From Isurus oxyrinchus (taxonomy: Eukaryota), in contig JANJGN010000026.1 in the NCBI GenBank assembly GCA_026770705.1, positions 38,254,001 through 38,318,000 on the forward strand: a DNA stretch of 64,000 bases. The letters are read 5' to 3'. The position numbers were made by a program, and so were the translations under genes. Below, in pieces: positions 1-13,499 of the stretch. The notes beneath the pieces were generated by a model, which saw only the letters and a program-made list of their open reading frames with translations, was not told the origin of the DNA and searched no databases. Each line of letters starts with the position of its first letter. The first letter of the stretch is position 1.

Positions 1-147
1 TACCTGGATGAGCACTTGGCATGTCATAACATTCAAAGCTATGGGCCATGTGCTGGTAAATGGGATTAGGTAGGTAGGTCAGTTGTTTCTCACGTGTTGG
101 TGCAGGCTCAATGGACTGAAGGGCCTCTTCTGCACTGTGAGATTCTT
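1..147 (+). mobile_element. CR1-type LINE 3' end (truncated by window start)
   Basis: ...KYLDEHLACHNIQ-type coding end plus 3' UTR; near-identical reverse-complement copy at 57598-57730. Confidence 0.75.
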
Positions 148-635
148 CACTGATGTCACTCAGGGAATGGAACCTGCCACCCTGGCTTGGACCTACACTG
201 AATCTGGCCTCTGTGGGAGGAGGAAGAGAGGCAGAGAGAGAGAGATTGGCAGGGTACCAGCGGGCTAAGGAGCGGGATTTTATATATGTATAACTCAACC
301 AATACTTTGACAGAATCTCCCAAACCCTGAGCCTCCACTGCCCAGTATCATCAGGGCAGCAAGTGTATGTGAACATCATCACCTCCAAATTCCCCTCCAA
401 GTCACACGGTCCTGACTTGTCAGGATGTACTGGATGTACCACATGCAGTACCTTCCTCCATTTAAACATTTGATTAATTCAGTGACAATGACAGATCTGA
501 ATGTTATGTTTAGTTGAGTTTTTTGTCTTGAAACCGGATTCTAACCTTCGATAAAAGGAGTTTCCAAAATCCATCGGTCAGTCCAGGACAGAAATTCACA
601 ACATCCTCTCCTCCTGCTGACAGGGACATGGATGG

Positions 636-1215
636 CCGCGCATGCGCCCCGCTGCACATGGACCTATAAAGATGGCGGCTGTTAACCCGGGCCTGTCTCC
701 GAGGGGAGAATCGGGCCACAGCTGCAACCGGACCATTCGCTGCAACCCCGCGACCGGTAGTTTGTTCTTCGCGGTCTCAGGCCTCCACTGAGTGATTTTC
801 AAGCTTCCTGCCCACTCCATTCCTCCCACTCTCCGGCTCCATTGACTCCAGTTGGAGCCCACGTCGCCCTGTGACCGAGAAAAGTCCCAAAGCTCCCGCC
901 CCGATTGGTGCAAACGCGTTACCTGTGGCTCCTTCTTTGGCGTTTGACGCCTCCACTGGGTGTTTGTGAAGCCTCCCCTCCGACCCACTGCCCCTAACGC
1001 TGCCGCCGCTTCTCCGCCTCCTTCCTGCCTGAAGATGAGATGAACAAGCCTCTGTCTGTGGACATCACCTGCACTGCGCATGCTCCAGGTCATAATACCC
1101 CGGGGGGTGTATGATTGACAGTAGCTCCGGAGCAATAGGAAGAAGGGGCGGGATTGCAGGACACAGCAAGAACGGCTAGTCCTCCAACCAATCGGAGTGA
1201 ATGGGGGGCGGGGCT
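636..1215. promoter_or_regulatory. CpG-rich promoter-like region (ZNF-cassette promoter paralogue)
   Basis: NRF1 palindrome GCGCATGCGC 638-647, YY1-type AAGATGGCGGC 669-679, CCAAT and GGGGCGGGG boxes; ~1075-1350 aligns by eye with ~11310-11570. Confidence 0.6.
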
Positions 1216-1769
1216 GAAACTCTGCATCATTTTGGAAGCTGATTTGTCTCAAACTCCTTGAGAAAACTGGACCTTTCTGTTTGTGGCTTTAAACAGATGA
1301 AACCCTGTGGGTGTGGAGCAAACATTTCAACATTTGTTGCTGAAATATGGGAAAATAATGAAACAATGTACAAATAATTCAAGGGCCGAATTAAAGGAAT
1401 AACTGGGCAGACAGGGAATGTCACCATTAGAACAAAGAGAGTCCCTGGTTTCAATAGATAAAGTGGTAGAAGGTTTAGGACAGGTTAGGGGGAAAGTTAA
1501 TACTGTTATTATTCAGAACAACACAGAATGTAAAGGAAAAACTGATCTCAAAGACATCTCCTTGCAGTATGTATGGATCAGATACATACATAATTTAACG
1601 TCTTTAAAAATTGTATGTTTTCTCAATCGAACAATTATATTGTGTTCTGTGGTTACCTACCATTCTGCAAATGAAAACAATTTCTCGCTGTGTAGATGAA
1701 AATTCCTCAAAACCTCAACATCTCTATTAAATCTCTCCTTAATCCTATCTTCTTCAGTCTATCCACAAA

Positions 1770-2110
1770 ACTGAAATCCCTTATCCTTGAGATTATCCCA
1801 GTCATTCTTCCCTAGACCCTTTCCAATTTCTTGACAGCTTTCCGAATGTATCGTACTCAGAATTGGACATAATAGTTCAGTTAAGAATTAACCATAGATT
1901 TATAAAGATTCATTGTATCTTCCTTGCTTTTGTATTCCATGCCTCTGTTAATAAAACTAAGGTCTCCATTAGCTTTTATCAATCACTTTGATCAACTAGT
2001 CCTGTCACATTCCAAGATTTTTTTTTTACTTTCACACCCAGGTCACTCTGTTCTTGCACTCTGTTTAAAATTGTACCATTTAGTTTATACTGCCTCTCCT
2101 CATTCATCCT
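1770..2110 (-). mobile_element. CR1 LINE ORF2 fragment, degraded
   Basis: EYKSKE..LNLYK..VQFW-like remnants on the minus strand. Confidence 0.55.
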
Positions 2111-2559
2111 TCCAAAATACATCATTGACTGTGAATCACTTTGGGATGGCTTTAAGGCAGTGAAAGATTCTAAATTAATAAAGAACTTTCTTTTTTACAA
2201 CTGATTTAAAATTCTCGATTTTGCTCCAAAGATGAAATTGAGATTGATGTTCAAAGTTAACTATTTTGCTGTAGAAACAACTTCAACCGGAAGTCAGTGA
2301 ATAAAGAGGAAAGATCCCAGACAGCGGTTCTTCAAGGTACACTGCAGGCCTTACAGCTCAGTTAGCTCCACTCTTAGCTCAGGAGACCTCAACAATTCCA
2401 CATACTGTCCACAGGGGAGTTCTCCTGGTACAGTGGGACCAACATTCGTGGTTTAACTAATACCACCAAAAAACTGGATTAATCGGTCACTTGCTTGCCA
2501 CTTGTGGAATCTTACTTTGCCCAAACTGGCTTCCTGAAACAATAACAACTTGGTATTTA

Positions 2560-4010
2560 TGTAACACATTGAATGTAATAAAATGTCCTAAGGTGCTTTA
2601 GAGGAGTTTCATAAAGAAAATTTGATACTGAGTCACATAGGGTGATCAAAGGGTAGATGGTCAAAACCTGGATTGGAGAGTCAGATTGGAACAAGCATTT
2701 GTCATCAGGGGAGAGGTTTAGGGGGGGAATTTCAGAGCTTCGCACTGAGGCATGGCGACCAATGGTGGAGTAATTAAAATCCGAGATGCTAAAGAGGCCA
2801 GGGTAAGGAGTGCGTATATCTCAGAGGTTCTGTGACTGGAGATTACAGAGATAGGGAGGAAAACGGCCATGGAGGGATTTGAAATCAAGAATGTGAATTT
2901 TAAAATTGAGGCATTGTTTGACCAGGAGTCGATGTAGGTCAGTGAGCACAGGCGTGATGGATAAACAGGACTTGGTGTGAGAAAACACATGGGCAGCAGA
3001 GTTTTGGATGATCTCATGTTTCCGTGTGGGGGTGGGGTGACTGTATTGAGGCTGGTCAGGAATGTATTGGAATTGTCAAGTCTAAAGGTAACATGGGCAT
3101 GTTTGAGGGTTTCAGCAGCAGATGAGCTGGGGTGGGGGGGGGGAGACAAGTGACGTTATGGAGATTGAAATATCTGGTATTCGTGATGGTGTGGGTATGT
3201 GGTCAGAATCTCATCTTGGGGTCAAATATGACATCAAGATTGTGAAGAGTGTGGTTCAGCCTCAGACAGTTCCCAGGGAGAGGGATGGACTTGGCAGTTA
3301 GGGAACAGAATTTATTGTGGTGACTGAAGACAATGGCTTTGGTCTTCCAAATTGTTAACTGTAGGAAATTTCTGCTCATTTCAGTACTGGATGTGGGATA
3401 AGCAGTTTGATAATTTAGTAACAGTGGAGGAATGGAGAGAGATGGTGGTGAGGTAGAGCTGGGCGTTGTCAGTGTACATGTGAAAACTAACACGGTGCTT
3501 TTGGATGGTGTCACATAGTGGCAGCGGGTAGATGAGAAATAGGAGGGGCCAAGGATAGATCCTTGGGGGACACCAAGGACAAGGACATTGGAAAGGAAAG
3601 GGAGTTTGGAGATGGGGTTAAAGATTTTTTTTTATGGAATGGGTGATGATGGTGGATTAAAAGATAGAGGGATAGTACCAGGAGAGAGCGAGAGTTGAAT
3701 GTCAGCAGCTTAGTGGGAATAGGGTCAGTAGAGCAGAAAGTGGGTCTCATGGATAAGATGAGCACTGAAGGGAATGAGGGAGAGATAGAAGAGAAACTGG
3801 GGAAAGATGCGAGTTCAGGACTTGGACAAGGAAGAGCTTTAAAGACAGTTTTGCCCGATGGACCAGTGGAAGGGAGGGAAGCAGCAGAGTCAGCAGATGG
3901 GATTGTCTCAATCTTAGTGACAAGGAAGCTCCATGAGCTCCTCACACTTGTTGGGGTGAGTATGGAGAAGAGAGAGGAGAGGGACAGCCCTTCAAAAGGA
4001 ACTTGGTGAG
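2560..4010 (-). mobile_element. L2-type LINE reverse-transcriptase 3' portion, degraded
   Basis: Minus strand reads GVPQGSILGPLLFLIY (about 3530-3580) and KTKAIVF..VIFDP motifs; frameshifted. Confidence 0.7.
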
Positions 4011-4188
4011 TTAGAGAGATTAAAAAGATTCGTCTCACTGTGTACTTTACACAAAACTAATCTTTTTTAAATTTCAACAATACTAAAACCTACAACTGGT
4101 TTGGAGTTTACTAATATCAGCAGAAACAGACCCCAAAGAACATGGTTCAGTCCTGAATGTGATTAACAGCTAAATCCAATCACTGTAG

Positions 4189-5058
4189 TTACTTGTGAAC
4201 TTGCTGGTGTCTCATCAGGATGGATGTCCGAGTGAATCTCTTCCCACACTCGGAGCAGGTGAATGGTCTCTCCCCAGTGTGAACTCGCTGGTGTACAGTG
4301 AGTTCAGATGATCGCCTGAACCCAGTCCCACAGTGAGAGCACCTGAACGGTCTCTCGTCAGTGTGAACACGTTGATGAAACATTAGTTCCCAGAACCTTT
4401 TGTAGCATTTCCCACATTCTGGACAATTAAACGGTCTCTCATCAGTGTGAACACGCTGATGGGACATCAGATCCCCAGAACTTTTAAAGCACTTCCCACA
4501 GTCTGGGCATTTAAAAGGTCTCTTGTCAGTGTGAACTCGCTGGTGTCTCAACAGGTTGGATGCATCAGTGAATCCTATCCCACATGCAGAGCAGGTGAAT
4601 GGCCTCTCTCCTGTGTGAACTCGCTGATGTTTCAGCAGGTTGGATGAATCAGTGAATCCTTTCCCACATGCAGAGCAGATGAATGGCCTCTCTCCAGTGT
4701 GAACTCGCTGGTGTCTCAGCAGGGACGATAAATGAGTGAATCCCTTCCCACACTCAGAGCAGGTGAACGGTCTCTCCCCAGTGTGAACGCGCTGGTGTGT
4801 CAGCAAGTTTGCTGACCAAATGAATCCTTTCCCACATATGGAGCAGATGAACGGCTTCTCCCCAGTGTGAGTGCGTTGATGAGTATCCAACTCAGAAGGG
4901 GATCTGAATCCCTTCCCACAGTCTCCACATTTCCATGGTTTCTCCCCTGCGTGACTGCACTTGTGTTTCGACAGGCCAGATGATCGGCTGAAGCCTCGTC
5001 CACACACAGGACACGTGTGCGGTTTCTCACTGCTGTGAATGGTGCTTTCTCCTTCCAT
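4189..5058 (-). CDS. C2H2 zinc-finger protein, 10 tandem fingers, 289 aa, no KRAB/SCAN domain
   Basis: Intact ORF from ATG 5058 ([13 protein letters not shown]...) to TAA 4189; ten CxxC...HxxxH units with TGE(K/R)P-type linkers; splice acceptor ttttgacag ending at 5168 after a pyrimidine tract. Confidence 0.92.
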   Translation of the reverse strand: MEGESTIHSSEKPHTCPVCGRGFSRSSGLSKHKCSHAGEKPWKCGDCGKGFRSPSELDTHQRTHTGEKPFICSICGKGFIWSANLLTHQRVHTGERPFTCSECGKGFTHLSSLLRHQRVHTGERPFICSACGKGFTDSSNLLKHQRVHTGERPFTCSACGIGFTDASNLLRHQRVHTDKRPFKCPDCGKCFKSSGDLMSHQRVHTDERPFNCPECGKCYKRFWELMFHQRVHTDERPFRCSHCGTGFRRSSELTVHQRVHTGERPFTCSECGKRFTRTSILMRHQQVHK

Positions 5059-5599
5059 GTTCAAAATCCGATGATATTCAGGTTACGATAAATTGGGTGA
5101 CTCTGTCAGATCCTGATGTGATGCTTGGTTTGAGTTTCCGGACTCGAAATCCTCCCCTTCTAAAAACCTGTCAAAATGTTTTAAAATAGAAAAAAATGAG
5201 AGAGACCCCACAAAAACACAAAGACAGGTTGTGAAATTGAGCTGAATGAATCTGCTGATTTGTGGGGCCGACACTAGGAAAAAGTGACCATGAAAATTGC
5301 TGGACTGTCGTAAAACCCCAACTGGTTCACTAATGTGCTTCAGGGAAGGAAACATGCCACCCAGTCTGGTCCTATACAAGACTCTGGAATATGGGGGGAG
5401 AAGAGTGAAAGAGGCCTGGGAGCAGAAGCAGAGAACGAGAGGAATATTATTTATATTTGTGCAAATCGACCAGAACTTTGACAGAATCTCATGAATCCTC
5501 AATCTCCACCACCTAGAAGGACCAGGGTAGCAGGTGTATGTGAACACCATCACCTCCAGGTTCTCCTCCAAGTCACACACATCCTGACCTGCCCAACAC

Positions 5600-6060
5600 C
5601 CAGCACTGGATGAGGAGAATTTTCCTCTATTTAAATATTGAGAAGGCTGAAGCCGTTGACTTCAGTCCCCAGTACAAACTTCACTCCCTAGGCACCGACT
5701 CCAACCCCCTCCCTGTCAACTGCCTGAGGCTGAAGGAGATCCTTCAAAACAATGGTGTCATATTTGACTCCAAGGCAAGCTCCACCCACATACCTGCATC
5801 ATCATGAAGACTGGATTCCACCTTACTAACATCGCCAGACTCCACCCCAGTCTCAGCTCATCTGCTGCTGAAACCATCATCCATTCCTTTGTTCCCTCTG
5901 AGATGTCTGCACTCTACTTCTGACTTACTGACAATTCCTGATTTCATTTGCTCCACATTTGGTACCTGTAGCTGCCAAGGCCATAAACTCTGGGTTTTCA
6001 TTACTAATCCTGTCTGCCTCTCTATCTTCCTTTCCTCCTTTAAGATACTCCTTTAAAAAG
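5600..6060 (+). mobile_element. L2 LINE 3' fragment
   Basis: NCLRL..GVIFDS motif shared with the 2560-4010 copy, opposite strand. Confidence 0.55.
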
Positions 6061-6269
6061 ACCTCTGCTTCCAGTACCCCATGTGTTCATAGAAGCAATC
6101 ACTATCAGTCCAGGATGGAAATTCAGAGGAGACAAATATTTTCTTGCTTTGAGTTTGCTGTGCATAAATCCTCCCCTTCTAACCCCCTGTAAAAGGAGTT
6201 TCCAAAATCCATCCCAGCATAGAAATTCACAGCATTCTCTCCTCCTCCTTCCTGGTCCAGGATGACCTC

Positions 6270-6590
6270 ACATGTGTCCTCTGCACATTGTCCCTCATTG
6301 TCATCAGCAATCCCTTGATTAGAGGGTGATGTCTACTCAGGGTTGTGACTTTCTGCCATTGGTCTTCATGTGACTGAACAGACACACAGATCTTTGGACA
6401 CATGGGGCAGGTCATCTATGAGGTAGTGAGATCAGGAGAGCAGGATTTTCTTCCTTTGCTTGCCTTCTCTGCTGCTGCTTTGCCTCATCAATAAGACATT
6501 ATTGATCAGCTCAAAGGTTAATACAGCTTGATGGACAAGTTGTCATCATTTTGAACAATGGGTAACAAGCTCCTCCCAGTCATTAAAACA
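6270..6590 (-). mobile_element. RTE LINE 3' fragment
   Basis: Similar to 12400-12770 and to the 3' end of the RTE element at 47490-48740. Confidence 0.5.
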
Positions 6591-6629
6591 TTGGCCCCTA
6601 CAAAGATGCTGGTCATGCACGTGGCCATT

Positions 6630-6945
6630 GTGGTGACATAGTGGCATTGTGATGTACTCGTATTCAAGAGACCCAGGGTAATGCTCTGGGGATGTGGGTT
6701 CAATCCCCACCACAGCAGATGGTGAAATTTGAATTCAATAAAAATCTGGAATTAAAAGTCTAAAGATGACCATGAAACCATTGTCGATTGTTATAAAAAT
6801 CCTTACCTGGTCTGGCCTATCTGTGACCCCAGAGCCTACAGCAATGTGATGATTCTTAACTGCCCTCTGAACAAGGACACTTAGGAATGGCCAGTAATTG
6901 CTGGCCCCGCCACCAACACCCACATCCCAGGAATGAATAAAAAAT
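6630..6945 (+). mobile_element. tRNA-derived shark SINE
   Basis: tRNA-like head (tagtgg...ggttcaatccc), conserved body (gatgaccatgaaaccattgtcgattg) and LINE-like tail ending aataaaaaa; several further copies in the window. Confidence 0.7.
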
Positions 6946-7059
6946 GATGGGGCCTTTAGCCTGAGCCGAACACGGCTGCGGGTTTACACAACATGTCTCT
7001 GTCCATCGCTCCGTCTGCCCCGCCAACCCCTCTGCCTTCACCCATTGTGGACCCCCATT

Positions 7060-7170
7060 ATCCGCACTGCGCATGCTTCAGTCAGTCCCGCCTCCTCATT
7101 GGTTGCAGGGCCAGCCTCTCGCGTGCACGTGTCCCCCAGTCCCGCCCCCTTTTCCTATTGGTTTGGAGCA
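7060..7170 (-). promoter_or_regulatory. Probable promoter of the minus-strand ZNF gene
   Basis: TGCGCATGC (NRF1), two CCAAT boxes, two GGCGGG boxes, CpG-rich; about 2 kb upstream of the ZNF coding exon. Confidence 0.6.
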
Positions 7171-7444
7171 ATTGTGACGGTTTCAGACGCTGAGAGCGGC
7201 CACAGACTCAACCTGACTTGCTGATTCTTGACAGCATTTACTGTTTGGGAATTAGAGCTAGAGATGGATGGTCAGTTCCCCTCTGTCCAGGGAGATTCAC
7301 ACTCATTTCCCCAGTGCAGTGATTATCACATTTACTTTACATGAGAGAGTGCCCGGTTCAATCCCGGCCGAAACTTTGTGTTTAAAATTATTACCAATGA
7401 GGAATTAACAGTGAGTTTAGTTTTATGTCGAACAGGGTGACAAT

Positions 7445-7752
7445 TACTAAAACAGAAACAAAAATACCTGGAAAAACTCAGCAGGTCTGGCAGCATTTGT
7501 GGAGAGGAGCACAGTTAATGTTTCGAGTCCGAATGACCCTTCAAGACAATTACTGCTGTCTCATTCTTTAAAAGCTCTTCTTCACCTTTATACAGGTAAC
7601 GATCAGTGAGAGAAAGCACAGTGACCCCTAAAAAAGATACTGCAGATGCTAGAAATCCAACCTCAAAACAGAAAATGTTGGAAACACTCAGCAGGTCAAA
7701 CAGTATCTATGGAGAGGTAAACAGAGTGAATGTTTCACATCGGTGACCCTTT
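7445..7752 (-). mobile_element. Two Penelope-like element terminal fragments
   Basis: ctggaaaaactcagcaggtctggcagcat...gtttcgagtcc..gaccct motif, repeated at 20080, 21380, 23460, 50260, 50500. Confidence 0.55.
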
Positions 7753-8224
7753 ATCCAAACAGGAAAGAGTGAAAGATTTAATACTTTTCCAGCAAATATA
7801 GGGTCAGGTAAAAGAGAGGGGGAGAGGAGAAAAGAACAAACGGTCTGCGATAGGATGGAAGACTGAGTAAATGATCAAGGGGATGATGATTCAAAGCAAA
7901 ATTGAAGACTGCGGTTGAGTACAATTCTGCTGCTGCTGATGGCTCACAGCACCTCATGGTTGCATGATCTGTTTGAGATCTAGGGTTGTAGTACCAGACA
8001 ACACAATGGAGGGTATCCTCAATGTGAAGCGGAGACTTTGTCTCCACAAGAACTATGGTTCCGTGAATATGAGTATGTCAGGCTGTTGCTTAACTCCTCT
8101 GTGAGACAGCTCTCTCATTCTTGGCACCAGCCTGCAGATGTTAGTATCGAGGACTTCATCGGGTTGACAGGGCTGAGTTTGCCTTTGTCGCTTCTGGTGC
8201 CTGGGCCGATGCCGGGTGGTCTGG

Positions 8225-8770
8225 TTTCATTTCTTAATCATTTTCCGGTCGTGGTTTGATACAACTGAGGGGAATTCAGAGTCAACCACATTCTTGTGGG
8301 TCTGGAGTCACACGTAGGCCAGACCAGGTAAGGATGGCAGATTTCCTCCCCTAAAGGACATTAGTGAACTAGATGGGCTTTTACGACTATCGACAATGGT
8401 TTTGTTGCCAACATTAGACTTTTCATTGAAATTTAATTCCACCATCTGTCTTGTAAACTTTTTTTTTCACTCATGGGCTTCGCTGGCTGGGCCAGCGTTT
8501 ATTCCCCATTCCTAGTTTCCCTTGAGAAGATGGGGTGAGCTGCCTTCTTGAACTGCTGCAGTCCATGTGGTGTAGGTACACCCACAGTGCTGTTACGAAG
8601 GGAGTTCCAGGATTTTGACACAGTGACAGTGAAGAAACGGCAATATATTTCCAAGTCAGGATGGTGAGTTACTTGGAGGGGAACCTCCAGGTGGTGGTGT
8701 TCCCATCTATCTGCTGCCCTTGTCCTCCTAGGTAGTTGTGGGTTTGGAAGGTGCTGTGTAAGGTGTCTTG
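8225..8770 (-). mobile_element. SINE plus related LINE 3' tail
   Basis: Reverse complement of the SINE body at 6630-6945 followed by the tail also seen at 27950-28110 and 38390-38880. Confidence 0.6.
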
Positions 8771-9029
8771 GTGAAAGCCTGATGTTGTGTCAGGATTTGA
8801 ACCTGGGACCCTCAAGCATTACCCTGATCTCTGGATTACTTGTCCAGTGACAATACCACTATGCCAATGTCTCCCCGATAACTGAAACCATTGTCTTCAG
8901 TCCCTTCTCCACTCCACAGCCACTGACTCCATCATCTCCCCAGCAACTGTCTGAGGCTGAACCAGACTTTTCACAACATTGGTGTCATGTTTCACCCCAA
9001 ACTGATCTTCAAATCACATATCTGCATCA

Positions 9030-10225
9030 TGCGAACATGCAAAATAGGAAAATACGTAGGTTATTCAGCCTTTTGAGCCCACTCCGCCATTCAATATAAT
9101 CATGACTGATTACTTGCAGTTCAAATTCCACCTTCCCATCTACCCCTGAGAAACTTTGATTCCTGCGCCTAACAAGAATCTATCTACCTCTGCCTGAAAA
9201 ATATTTAATGACTCCACCACCACTGACTTCTGAGACAGGGAGTTCCAGAGTCCTCAGAGAAAAAAAATTCTCCTCATCTCTGTCCTAAAAGGGCGACTCC
9301 TAATTTCACAACAATGCCCCTAGTTCTGGACTCACTAACAAGAGAAAACATCCTTTGTATATCCACCTTGTCAAGACCATTCAGAATCTTATATACTTCA
9401 ATCAAGTCACCCCTCCCTTTTCTAAACTCCAGTGGAAACAAGCCCAGCCTGTCCAACCTATCCTCAAAAGACAATCCGTTCATCCAGGTATCAAACTAGT
9501 AAACCTCCTTTGAACCACCTCCAATGCATTTACATCTTTCTTTAAATAAGGGGACCAAAAACTGCACACTGTATTCGATATGTGGTCTCACCAATGCCCT
9601 GTATAAGTGAAGCATAACATCCTTGCTTTGATGTTCAATCCCTCTCGTAATAAAGAAAAGCATTCCCTTAGCCTTCTTAACTACTTACTATACCTGCATA
9701 CTAACTTTTTGTGCCTCATGCACTAGAACACCTAGATCCCTCTGCACCTTGAAATTCTGCAGTCATTCTCCATTTAAGTAACATTCTGCTTTTTTATTCT
9801 TCCTGCCAAAGTGAACAACTTCACATTTTCCAACATTAAACTCCATTTGCCAGATCTCTGCCCAATCACTCAGCCTATCTATATGCATCTGCAACCTCCT
9901 TATGTCCTCTTCACAACATACATTCCTACATATCTTCATGTCATCTGCAAATTTAGCTATAATGGCTTCTCTCCCCTCATCTAAGTCATTGACATCAATT
10001 GTAAAAAGTTGACGTGCCAGCACAGATCCTGTGGGACTCCACGCATCACATCCTGCCAATAAGACAAAGACCAATTTATGCATACTCTGTTTTCTGCCAG
10101 CCAGTCAATATTCTATCCATACTAACATGTTACATCCTACACCATGAGCTTTTATTTGTCGCGATAACCTTTGATGTGGCATCTTATCAAATGCCTTCTG
10201 GAAATCTAAGTACAGTATGTCGACA
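9030..10225 (-). mobile_element. CR1 LINE ORF2 3' part and 3' UTR
   Basis: AKFADD..WQMEFNVGKCEVVHFGRKN and LDRLGLFPLEFR..RGDLIEVYKIL in the ORF track. Confidence 0.85.
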
Positions 10226-10249
10226 GGCTCCCCTTTATCATCACCAAGA

Positions 10250-10760
10250 CTGCCCTTTTCCACCTCAGTATCATCCAACTCCATCCTAGTCTCAGTTGCT
10301 CTGCAGCTGAAATTCTTATCTATTCATTTGTTACCTATAGACTTAACTATCCTAACGCAATCCCAGCCGGCCTCCCATATTAAACCTCCCTGTGATCTTG
10401 AGGTCATTCAAAACTCTGCTGCCCATGTGCTTACTCCACCAAGTCTTGTTCACTCATCACCATCATGGTCTCTGAGGTACAAAGTTTCCAGGCTAAGAAG
10501 CACTTAAATTTTTAATTTATCATTTTTGCTTTCAAATCTCTTCATGATATGGCTCCTTCCTATCTCTGTGATCTTCTCCAGCCTCATAACCACCAAGATA
10601 ATTCTTAAAACCTATCTCTGACCAAACTTTTGGTCATCTAGCCAAACATCTCCTTCTGTGGGCTCAGTGGCAAAAGTTGCTTCATAAAACTCCTGTGAAA
10701 CACTTTGGAGTTTTCTATTACACGAAAGGCGCCATATAAACACACATTGTTGTTGTTGAT
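10250..10760 (+). mobile_element. L2 LINE 3' fragment
   Basis: IQNSAAHVLT motif and 3' UTR matching 2560-2900 reverse complement. Confidence 0.55.
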
Positions 10761-11094
10761 TTGGACATGTCACCATTCCTTCATCATCACTGAGTGAAAT
10801 TCCTGTAACTCCTTATCTCACAGAAATGTGGGAGCAGTTTCACCACACAGACTGCAAAGGTTCAAGGTCAAGCATCATCTTCTTCTCTGGTAACAGTGTT
10901 ATACAATTCTATGACTCAATGATTCTTTACAGACATTCCCTGTTCATCAGCACGTTCCCTTGCTTTTTAAGCACTCCATGCTCAGTCATCATGTCCTTCA
11001 TTTGCAGACATTTCCCGAAATCACCATTTTTAGAGACGCTTCCTAACCTTTATCACTTTCTCTCCATTTACAGACGCTTCCTGAGTGAGCTGAC

Positions 11095-11450
11095 ATTGCA
11101 CATGCGCTGGGGCCTCGCCGGACTCACTCCAAAGTCAGACCTGAGCGGGAGAAACCGGGAAGTCAGGGATAATGTTTACGGTTTCTAGTCGCGTCCTAAA
11201 TAGAAAATGTTGCAGGTTATATTTTGGGTTCTGGATCCGCATTCGGTCTTTGTAAACCCTCCATTTTAAACCCGCTCGCTCGAGCTCTCTTACCGTCCGT
11301 CGCCATGGCGTGCGCATGCTCAAATCACAATGCCCGGAGACTGATTGACGGCAACTCGCGACCAATAGGAAGACGGGGCGGGACTGGAGGTTCCCGCGAA
11401 AGTGGCTGGTCCTCCAAGCAATTGGAGTGAATTAGGGGCGGGGCTGAGTC
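11095..11450. promoter_or_regulatory. CpG-rich promoter upstream of the plus-strand ZNF pseudogene
   Basis: ETS-like ccgggaagt, TGCGCATGC, CCAAT and GGGGCGGG motifs; paralogous to ~1075-1215. Confidence 0.6.
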
Positions 11451-12399
11451 CGGATCTCCCTCATTGCCAGAAACTGCATCATTTTGAAAGTTGATTTGTC
11501 TCAAACTCCAAGAGAAAACTGGACCTGTGGGTGTGGAGCAAACATATCAACATTTGTTGCTGAAATGGATTCAGTCAGGACAGGCAGCAGGAATTATTTC
11601 GGGAAATGACAGGGCGTAGTGATTGTTTCTCTTTGAATTCATCCCTTGGAGAACAGTGTGAATTAGTGGAAGAATTCGCAGGCTGCTTAACCCCACTTCC
11701 GTGTCTGGAAGCATTTAATTCCAGCCGATTTGTTGTTCCGGCATTAGCCGGGAGAGTTTGATCAGCTCACACAGTGGGAGAGAACAGCCAGACCCGCCGG
11801 ATACACCTATCCTGCCTGATGTCAACCCAGAATGAGCTGGAGAGACGTCTTCACTCACCAGGACTGTCCGCAGAGGAGTTTCTGGCTCAGAGGCGAGAAT
11901 GTTTCATTTTTATTAATGACCCTAAATCCCTCAAGTTCCATTGAACTGACAGAGCATCTTCATTTCTATATCCATTTCATTGCTTAAATAAAGCATTGAT
12001 TTTATGTTTGCAGCTTAATGGTGACACTTGCATAATCTAACCACCTCCTTCCTTGTGAGAGTGCAGAACTACAGAAGCTGCAGAAGCCACACCATTTGTC
12101 TATCCTCTACCAAGCCTCTCCTCAACCCCTCAGAATCAAACTATTCCTATCTTTGTCCAGTATTTTCATTATCCTACAATGAAAGGCCTCTGTATATTAT
12201 GCATAGTTATTGTGAATCTAATAAAGCTGCTCCAATGGTGATTCTAATTCAGTTTGCATTATGTTTAATCTTGGGCTATTATGTCTGCCGCTATTTCTGC
12301 CTCATCTTCATGTTCAGTCTGGCTTCACTGGAATGAACTTTCTGTGGTCAGAATTCTGTTAAACAACCTGTTCATCTGTGTGTATTCTCTCAGTCCCCA

Positions 12400-12770
12400 A
12401 GTGCCTGTGTTAGTTGTTGATTAATACTTCGTCAGCAGCCTCTCGATTCAAGAATGATGTCTACTCAGGGTGGTGAGTTTCTGCCATGGGTCTTCTTGTG
12501 ACTGAACAGACTGATTCTTGACCTGCAGATATTTGGACTCATGGGGCAGGACATCCATGAAGTATTGGGATCTGGAGCACAGCATCTGATTCCACTTCTT
12601 TGCTGCTGCTGTGCCTCATCATGAAGACACTGTGACTCAAAGTGTGATGCTGCTTGATGGATAAGTTGTCGCCATTCTGAACAGTTGGTAGAAAGCTCCT
12701 CCAGGTCATTAAAGTCAATGCTGCTGCACTTCAAGGTGATCAGGCTGCAGAAAATAGGTTTGTATTTCAT
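12400..12770 (-). mobile_element. RTE LINE 3' end
   Basis: LKCSSID..LEELS..WRQLIHQAASHFE..ICRSRISLFSH, typical RTE C-terminus. Confidence 0.65.
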
Positions 12771-12799
12771 GAAATGTTGAAGTTTCAGGGGTGATATGA

Positions 12800-13160
12800 T
12801 GCTGTTTTTTTTAAATGATCAATGTGTTTGTGCGGGTAGATACAGGGAAAACATTTGCTCTGCTGGGGAATCGAGAACAAGGGGGCAGAATGAAAACAGT
12901 AGAACCTGGAATGAAATCAGGAACGACGTGTTCAGACAACAGTTGTGGGAATCAGGACCAACCTCCCCAAAAAGCTGTGAATGCTGGGGGTCAATTGAAT
13001 TTTTCAAGACATGATTAGACTGAATTTTGTTAAGCAAAGATATAAAAGTAATTTGATCAAAGATGGGAAAAGGGGGTTGTGGTACAGATCAGCATCAATC
13101 AAATAGAATGGTGGAGCAGGTTTGAGGGGCTGAATGGCCTGCTTCTGTTCCTATGTGCAG
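12800..13160 (+). mobile_element. CR1 LINE 3' end
   Basis: GESRTRG..EIRNDVFRQ.LW motif and CR1 3' UTR (gggctgaatggcctgcttctgttcctatg). Confidence 0.65.
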
Positions 13161-13499
13161 CAAGAAAGGGGGCAGTTTGTAATGTCTGTGTGGGCTGCAG
13201 TGTGTTCAGCATCTGACTCTGTGTTGCCTCCTCTCATCCAGCTCTCGGGAGCAGTCACTTTCCTCTCAGATGGAGTTTAAAGGAAGGACTGCCCCATCTG
13301 ACACAGGTGAACCTTGAGATTTCAGTGCCATTAACAAGACCTGCAGCGGATATTGCCCATCCCCATTTACCTGTGGGGAAGATGATGTTTGACCTTCTTG
13401 AACCTCTGCAATCCGTGTGAAGGTGCTCCCACAATGTTGTTAGATAGGGAGTTACAGAACGTTTCACCCTGTAGTGATGAAGGAACAGTAATATGTATC

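Noticed and set aside
5059-5064. ORF-track start at TTG 5064 for the ZNF
   Set aside because: Vertebrate gene; first ATG at 5058 matches the paralogue's ATG at 14755.
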